Under the pieces are notes generated by a model. It did not search any database. It was not told where the DNA came from and worked only from the letters and a program-made list of their open reading frames with translations. Of a DNA stretch of 64,000 nucleotides, positions 58,922 to 64,000 are shown one piece after another. Source of the stretch: Candidatus Sericytochromatia bacterium (GTDB lineage: Bacteria; Cyanobacteriota; Sericytochromatia; S15B-MN24; UBA4093); assembly GCA_036676985.1 (NCBI GenBank), contig JAKFBU010000056.1, positions 32,001 through 96,000 on the forward strand. Reading direction: 5' to 3'. How positions within the stretch are numbered: the stretch's first letter is position 1; each line of letters begins with the position of its first letter. The position numbers and the translations under genes are program-made.

Positions 58922-60178
58922 CTAGCGGGTGCTCATCTGGACCGCGGCAAGCGCATCCACCACCCCGGCGCCGTACTGGGGATCCCTGCCCGTGGGGCCC
59001 GCATCCCGGGCGCTGCGAACGATCCAGTCCCGGAGCGTCTTGAGGGACGGCGGGCGGCTCGGCGTGATGAGCAATGCCGCAAGCCCGCTCACGTGCGGGG
59101 CGGCGGCGGAGGTACCTCCGAAGCGCCCGTAGCCTCCGACCGAGAGGGCCGGCACGTCGTCCGCGGGGGCCACCACCGTGAGCCAGGGGCCGTAGTTGGA
59201 ATAGGCGGCACGGCGATCGCCGCGATCCGTCGTGCCCACCGCCAGGAGCCCCTCGAAGCCGGTTTCGGCCGCCCATGCGGCCGGATAGTTCGCCACGGGG
59301 CGCCCGGAGATGTTGCCCGCCGCGCAGACGACCATGACGCCCTTCTCGAGGGCATAGGAGACGGCGCGCTGGAGGGTCTTGAGGCCGCCGGGCGTCAGGC
59401 CGTCCTCGCCCTCGGTGAAGCCGAGGCTCATGTTGATGACGTTGGCCTCGTGGTCGACCGCCCAGACGATGCCCGCGGCCGCGTCGGAGGCCCGCACGTG
59501 CCCCGAGTTCGGGACGTTGACCTTGACGGGCATCAGGCCCGCAAACGGGGCCACGCCGATGAGGCCCTCGCCGTTGTCGGCGACCGCCCCCACGATGCCC
59601 GCCGTGGCCGTCCCGTGGCCCATGTCGTCCATGGGCGGCTCGCCGGGCGACAGGATGTCCACGCCCCCCACGAGCTTGGGCGCGAGGTCCGGGTGCCCCA
59701 GATCCACGCCCGTGTCCAGGATGGCGACGACGGTCGAGCTCGCCCCGTCCCGCACGTCCCAGGCCTCGACCGTCCGCATGCGCGCCATGTCCCACTGCTC
59801 GGCGAGCATGGGGTCGGACGGAGCCTCGGTGATCGAGCGCGCGGTGTCGTGGATGGAGCCTGCCACGTCTCGCTCGACGTACTTGACGGCCGGATCCTTG
59901 GAAAGTCGGTGGAGATCCTGGGCCGAGGCGCCCGCGATCGCAAAGACGCCGCACCCGAGCCGCTCCATGGGCGTGACGAGGCGCAGACCATAGCGCTTGC
60001 CCATGGCCTGCAAGTCAGAGGCCGTCAGGCCGGGGGCCGAGACGATGACGCGCGGCGCTCCCGCCCTGGAGGCCGCTAGGAGCGAGCTCGTGGACCCGGC
60101 GGCCGTGAGCGGCACCGGGGCGCTGCAGCCGACCAGGCTCGAGGAGAGGAGGGCGAGGACGACAAGGCGGTTCTTCAT
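58922..60178 (-). CDS. Subtilisin-family (S8) serine protease lipoprotein
   Basis: Lipobox LVGC; triad motifs ILDTG, HGTATAG, GTSAAAPHV; AAGN oxyanion motif. Confidence 0.92.
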   Translation of the reverse strand: MKNRLVVLALLSSSLVGCSAPVPLTAAGSTSSLLAASRAGAPRVIVSAPGLTASDLQAMGKRYGLRLVTPMERLGCGVFAIAGASAQDLHRLSKDPAVKYVERDVAGSIHDTARSITEAPSDPMLAEQWDMARMRTVEAWDVRDGASSTVVAILDTGVDLGHPDLAPKLVGGVDILSPGEPPMDDMGHGTATAGIVGAVADNGEGLIGVAPFAGLMPVKVNVPNSGHVRASDAAAGIVWAVDHEANVINMSLGFTEGEDGLTPGGLKTLQRAVSYALEKGVMVVCAAGNISGRPVANYPAAWAAETGFEGLLAVGTTDRGDRRAAYSNYGPWLTVVAPADDVPALSVGGYGRFGGTSAAAPHVSGLAALLITPSRPPSLKTLRDWIVRSARDAGPTGRDPQYGAGVVDALAAVQMSTR

Positions 60179-60224
60179 ACCGTCCTTATCGGCGATCGTC
60201 CCCCGCGAGTTTCTGTAGGGCTTC

Positions 60225-61544
60225 TTAACGGGACGGCTTGCGCGGGCGAGGCTTGCGCTCCGGCGCCGGTCCGCGTCCCTCTCGTCCGCGCGGCTGCTCC
60301 GCTTCCGGCCGATCCTCGAACCAGCCCAGGTGGCGTCCGATCTTCGGCGGACGCTTGGCGCGGGCTGCCTGGACGTGCACCGGCTCCTCCTCGACGGGCG
60401 GGCGCCAGGGCTGGACGGGGGTCTTGGAGGGCTTCGGCACGACCTTGAGGACGTCCATGGACACGGACTGGCGCAAGCGCTTGAGGTCGTCCGACTCCTC
60501 TCGATAGGAGAGGGTCACGACCCGGCCCAGTCGGCCAGCCCGGCCCGTGCGGCCGGCTCGGTGGATGTACTGGTCGGCACTCGGGGGGACCGAGTAGTTC
60601 ACGACCAATCCCACCTCCGGGATGTCGAGGCCCCGCGAGGCCACGTCGGTCGCGACGAGCACCCGGTACACTCCCTTGCGGAAGCGCTCCATGGTCTCCT
60701 TGCGATTCTCCTGGGGCAGCTCTCCGCTCAGGTAGGCGGCCTCGATTCCGGCGTCCCTCAAGCGCATAGCGAGGCGGCGGGTCTCCTCGATCTTGTGCAC
60801 GAAGACGATGGCCTGCTCGGGATGCTCCTTGAGGAGTTGCTCGACGATGGGACCCTTGCCCGATCGAGGTGCCATGACGAGGCGATGCTCCAGGGTTCCC
60901 GCGGCCTTCGCCTCGGCCATTCCCACCTCTTGCGGCTCGCGCAGGGTCTTGGCGGCGTAGGAGCGCACCTCGGGGCCGACGGTGGCCGAGACCAGGAGCG
61001 TCTGGCGCTCTTCGGGCAGGTGGCCGAGGATGGCGTCGAGATCCGGCTTGAAGCCCCTGAGGAGCATCTCGTCGGCCTCGTCGAGCACCACGGCGTGCAC
61101 GTACTTGAGGACCAGGGCCTTGCGACGCATGAGGTCGAGCACGCGGCCCGGGGTGCCGACGAGAACGGCCACGCCCTTGTCCACGAGCTTGAGCTGGGGC
61201 TCGAGGGGCTCGCCGCCGACGACCGCATGGATGGGCGGGCGCCACTTGCGGGCCGCCGTGCGCAGGACGTCTCGCACCTGCAGCGCCAGCTCGCGGGTGG
61301 GCACCAGGACGAGCACCCGGGGGCGCAGGGGCGTGCCCGCGATGCCCTGCAGGAGGGGCAGCCCGTAAGCGAGCGTCTTGCCGGTCCCGGTCTCCGCCTG
61401 GATGATGACGTCCTTGCCGCCGAGGACGGCCGGAATGGCCGCCTGCTGGACGGGGGTCGGCTCCGCGAAGCCCAGGTGATCGAGTCCTGCGAGCAGCTCC
61501 GGGCGCAGGCCAAGGGCCTCGAATCCGACGGGTGTTGGCGGCAT
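60225..61544 (-). CDS. DEAD-box RNA helicase
   Basis: Q motif, AETGTGKT, PTRELA, DEAD, SAT, RGLD, HRAGRTGRAG. Confidence 0.95.
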   Translation of the reverse strand: MPPTPVGFEALGLRPELLAGLDHLGFAEPTPVQQAAIPAVLGGKDVIIQAETGTGKTLAYGLPLLQGIAGTPLRPRVLVLVPTRELALQVRDVLRTAARKWRPPIHAVVGGEPLEPQLKLVDKGVAVLVGTPGRVLDLMRRKALVLKYVHAVVLDEADEMLLRGFKPDLDAILGHLPEERQTLLVSATVGPEVRSYAAKTLREPQEVGMAEAKAAGTLEHRLVMAPRSGKGPIVEQLLKEHPEQAIVFVHKIEETRRLAMRLRDAGIEAAYLSGELPQENRKETMERFRKGVYRVLVATDVASRGLDIPEVGLVVNYSVPPSADQYIHRAGRTGRAGRLGRVVTLSYREESDDLKRLRQSVSMDVLKVVPKPSKTPVQPWRPPVEEEPVHVQAARAKRPPKIGRHLGWFEDRPEAEQPRGREGRGPAPERKPRPRKPSR

Positions 61545-61654
61545 GGGTCGTTCCTTCCTCGAAATTGAATCGCTACCATCATACCAAGGAATTTAAAATC
61601 GCTTAATGTTGTAGCGGCGCGCTTTCGGGTATAGGGGATCCGTCGGTTCCCTGA

Positions 61655-61682
61655 TTGACATGTCAGGGGCGAATCGTAATCT
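61655..61682 (+). promoter_or_regulatory. Sigma-70 promoter for motAB overlapped by palindrome TGACATGTCA
   Basis: TTGACA-N16-TAATCT; 10-bp palindrome at 61656-61665. Confidence 0.45.
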
Positions 61683-61709
61683 GGCAGCATCCCTCGAAGA
61701 GGTACTGGT

Positions 61710-62609
61710 TTGTTTGCAATCATCGGCCTTCTGATCGTCTTCGGCGGCGTCTTCGGGGGCTTCTTGCTCGAAGGTGGCCCGATCGCCATCATCAATCAGC
61801 CGGCGGAGTTCGTCATCATCGGCGGCGCGGCGCTCGGCGGCTTGCTCGCGGGCACGCCCGCTCCGATCCTCAAGCAGATCGGGCGCGATCTGCCGCGGGT
61901 CTTCGGGGCGACCGCCTACCCGCGGGCGGCCTACGAGGAGATCCTCGGCGCCCTGTATGCGATCTTCAACCGTGCCAAGCGCGAGGGCTTCCTCACCGTC
62001 GAGCAGGACCTGATGAATCCGCACGAGGCCGAGGTCTTCCAGCAGTTCCCGTCGCTCCTCAAGAACCACCACGCGCTCGACTTCATGTGCGACTCCATGA
62101 AGCTCGCCATCAGCTACCAGGCCAAGCCGGAGCACATCGAGCTGGCCATGGACATCTACCTGGAGACGCACCACGAGGAGAGCGCGCTCGGCACGGCGGC
62201 CATCTCGCGCGTGTCGGACGCCCTGCCCGGCCTGGGCATCGTCGCGGCGGTGCTCGGCATCATCATCACCCTGCAGTTCCTGAGCGCGCCGGCCGAGATC
62301 CTCGGTCACCACATCAGCGCGGCGCTCGTGGGCACCTTCCTCGGCCTGTTGCTCTCGTACGGCATGCTGCAGCCCATTGCGGCCAACATCGAGACCCAGA
62401 ACAAGGAAGCGGGACGCTACTTCCAGTGCATCCGCGAGGCGGTCGGCGCCTACTTCAACGGCTGCGACCCCATCGTCGCCGTCGAGATCGGTCGCCAGGC
62501 CATCTACTCGTACAACCGCCCCACGGCCGAGGAGCTCGAGGCCATCCTCTCGGGCAAGAAGGCCGAGGCCGGCGCGACGGGCGCCGAACCGGCGACCGCG
62601 GGAGCGTAG
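61710..62609 (+). CDS. motA: Flagellar stator protein MotA
   Basis: QPAEFVIIGG, REG.L..E, LPGLGIVAAVLG, ALVGTFLG, AVEIGR. Confidence 0.93.
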   Translation: MFAIIGLLIVFGGVFGGFLLEGGPIAIINQPAEFVIIGGAALGGLLAGTPAPILKQIGRDLPRVFGATAYPRAAYEEILGALYAIFNRAKREGFLTVEQDLMNPHEAEVFQQFPSLLKNHHALDFMCDSMKLAISYQAKPEHIELAMDIYLETHHEESALGTAAISRVSDALPGLGIVAAVLGIIITLQFLSAPAEILGHHISAALVGTFLGLLLSYGMLQPIAANIETQNKEAGRYFQCIREAVGAYFNGCDPIVAVEIGRQAIYSYNRPTAEELEAILSGKKAEAGATGAEPATAGA

Positions 62610-62612
62610 GCC

Positions 62613-63365
62613 TTGGGCAGACGCGGCAAAGGCGGCGGCCACGGGGGGCACCATGGCGGCTCGTGGAAGGTGGCGTACGCCGACTTCGTGACCTCGATGA
62701 TGGCCCTCTTCATGGTGCTCTGGCTCATCGGCCTGACGCCCCAGGAGACCCGCGAGGACCTCGCACGGTACTTCAAGGACCCCAACCTGTTCCAGGGCAA
62801 CGGTCAGATGCCGGGCCGGGAGAATCCCATCGACACGACCATCGCGATCATTCCCTCACAGTCGTCGGGCGCCCCGGATCAGACCAGCGTGCTCCAGCAG
62901 GTCTCGCCCAGCGACAGCATCGTCACCCAGCTCCAGCAGTCCATCGAGGAAGGCTCCCTCTGGGCCTTCCGGGATCGGGTGAAGATCACCCAGACCACCG
63001 AGGGCGTCGAGGTCTCGATCATCGAGAAGGCCAACGAGATCATGTTCGACTCGGGCTCGGCCAACCCGAACCCCAAGACCCTGGACATCCTCAAGGCGAT
63101 CGCCAAGGAACTGAAGGGTCACGGCAACCACCTCATGATCGGCGGCCACACGGACGCGCACCCCTTGGTCAACAAGCCGGGCTACACCAACTGGGAGCTC
63201 TCGGCGGACCGCGCCAACAAGGTCCGCAGCATCCTCGAGCACGACGGCGTGGACCCCAAGCGGGTCTCGGCGGTGCGCGGCTTCGCGGACACCAAGCCCA
63301 TCAACGCCAAGAATCCCTTCGCGGCCCAGAACCGGCGCATCACCATCGTGGTGTTGAAGCGGTAG
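62613..63365 (+). CDS. motB: Flagellar stator protein MotB
   Basis: WKVAYADFVTSMMALF, GHTD, NWELSADRA, NRRI. Confidence 0.94.
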   Translation: MGRRGKGGGHGGHHGGSWKVAYADFVTSMMALFMVLWLIGLTPQETREDLARYFKDPNLFQGNGQMPGRENPIDTTIAIIPSQSSGAPDQTSVLQQVSPSDSIVTQLQQSIEEGSLWAFRDRVKITQTTEGVEVSIIEKANEIMFDSGSANPNPKTLDILKAIAKELKGHGNHLMIGGHTDAHPLVNKPGYTNWELSADRANKVRSILEHDGVDPKRVSAVRGFADTKPINAKNPFAAQNRRITIVVLKR

Positions 63366-63380
63366 GTCGTCCCAAGAATC

Positions 63381-63408
63381 GAGCCCCCGTCCAACTGGAC
63401 GGGGGCTC
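63381..63408. terminator. Hairpin between convergent genes
   Basis: gagcccccgtcca-ac-tggacgggggctc. Confidence 0.75.
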
Positions 63409-63412
63409 TTGA

Positions 63413-64000
63413 CTAGTTGACACGCGCGACCGTCAGGCTGCCCTGCCGGGCGTAAGAGAGCCGGTTGAGCGCCAGATGGCGCATGGCCGTTCCGATGGCG
63501 CACGGGGCGTCCTCCCGCTCGTCGAGCGGCACCCGGCGCCAGTGGTACTTGATCTCGTGCACGTGGTCGTGGTGGTGCACCTCGAACACGCGATACTGGT
63601 GCGGATGCTCGACCAGGCTCGGTCCCGTCAGCACCGTCGTCGACTCGAAGGGCGTGCTGCTGCTCAGGTGGTAATGCCCGCACAGCATCAACGGCGCATG
63701 CGTGTGCGGGGCGATCGCCCGCGCCAGCCGCATCCGGTCCTCGTCCTCGAACTTCAACGAGCCCATGAGCGGATAGGGCATGATGGGCGGATGGTGGATG
63801 GCCAGGAGCGCCAGCTCGTCCCGGCTCTCCTTGAGCGTCTCTGAGAGCCAGTCGGCCTGTGCGGCCGTGAAGCGCCCGCGCCAAGTCAGGTAGTGGGGCT
63901 CGTCGGTGTCCGTGGAGTCCAGCACGATGAGGCGGACGCCCGGCGTCGGGCTCACGCGGTAGTACGGGCTGCCGCCGCTGAGGCCATGATCGCCGAGCTC
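63413..64000 (-). CDS. Calcineurin-like metallophosphoesterase (CpdA/Icc-like), C-terminal part; start lies beyond window
   Basis: LIVLDS, Q..WL, HHPP, CGHYH motifs; frame open to the window end. Confidence 0.8.
   Translation of the reverse strand, partial: ELGDHGLSGGSPYYRVSPTPGVRLIVLDSTDTDEPHYLTWRGRFTAAQADWLSETLKESRDELALLAIHHPPIMPYPLMGSLKFEDEDRMRLARAIAPHTHAPLMLCGHYHLSSSTPFESTTVLTGPSLVEHPHQYRVFEVHHHDHVHEIKYHWRRVPLDEREDAPCAIGTAMRHLALNRLSYARQGSLTVARVN

Noticed and set aside
61710-63365. Orphan motAB as a Zorya-type defence or gliding motor
   Set aside because: Lengths and motifs are those of ordinary flagellar stators, with no long ZorA tail and no zorC/D/E neighbours.

Overview
GC-rich (~70% by eye) bacterial chromosome window with about 59 protein-coding genes and no rRNA, tRNA or CRISPR array that I could see. 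The gene content (IctB-like ligase, DUF4330-like protein, membrane-anchored YvcK, ADP-heptose/GT9 genes, rapZ-yvcK-whiA, motAB, larBCE, thyX) suggests a motile, diderm, non-photosynthetic relative of Cyanobacteria (Sericytochromatia-like; inference). Housekeeping genes include secA, prfB (with the +1 programmed frameshift), rpmE, thyX, rsmE, hisC, kynA/kynU-like and hldA/hldC. The main candidate novel system is a 10 kb operon of seven lipoproteins (30719-40630) whose sequence pattern resembles type V pili: a first beta-strand followed by a conserved R-x-x-Q site, C-terminal tails that mimic that strand, putative anchors, and putative tips carrying propeller or di-haem peroxidase domains. Other notable items are a DUF559 nuclease gene bracketed by G/C-rich hairpin inverted repeats, a HipA/PI3K-like kinase fusion behind a sigma-28-like promoter, a divergent pair of QxN-repeat (amyloid-like) lipoproteins beside a subtilase, and three intact enzyme homologues that have lost conserved catalytic or metal-binding motifs. 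All family assignments come from motif recognition by eye, not database searches.
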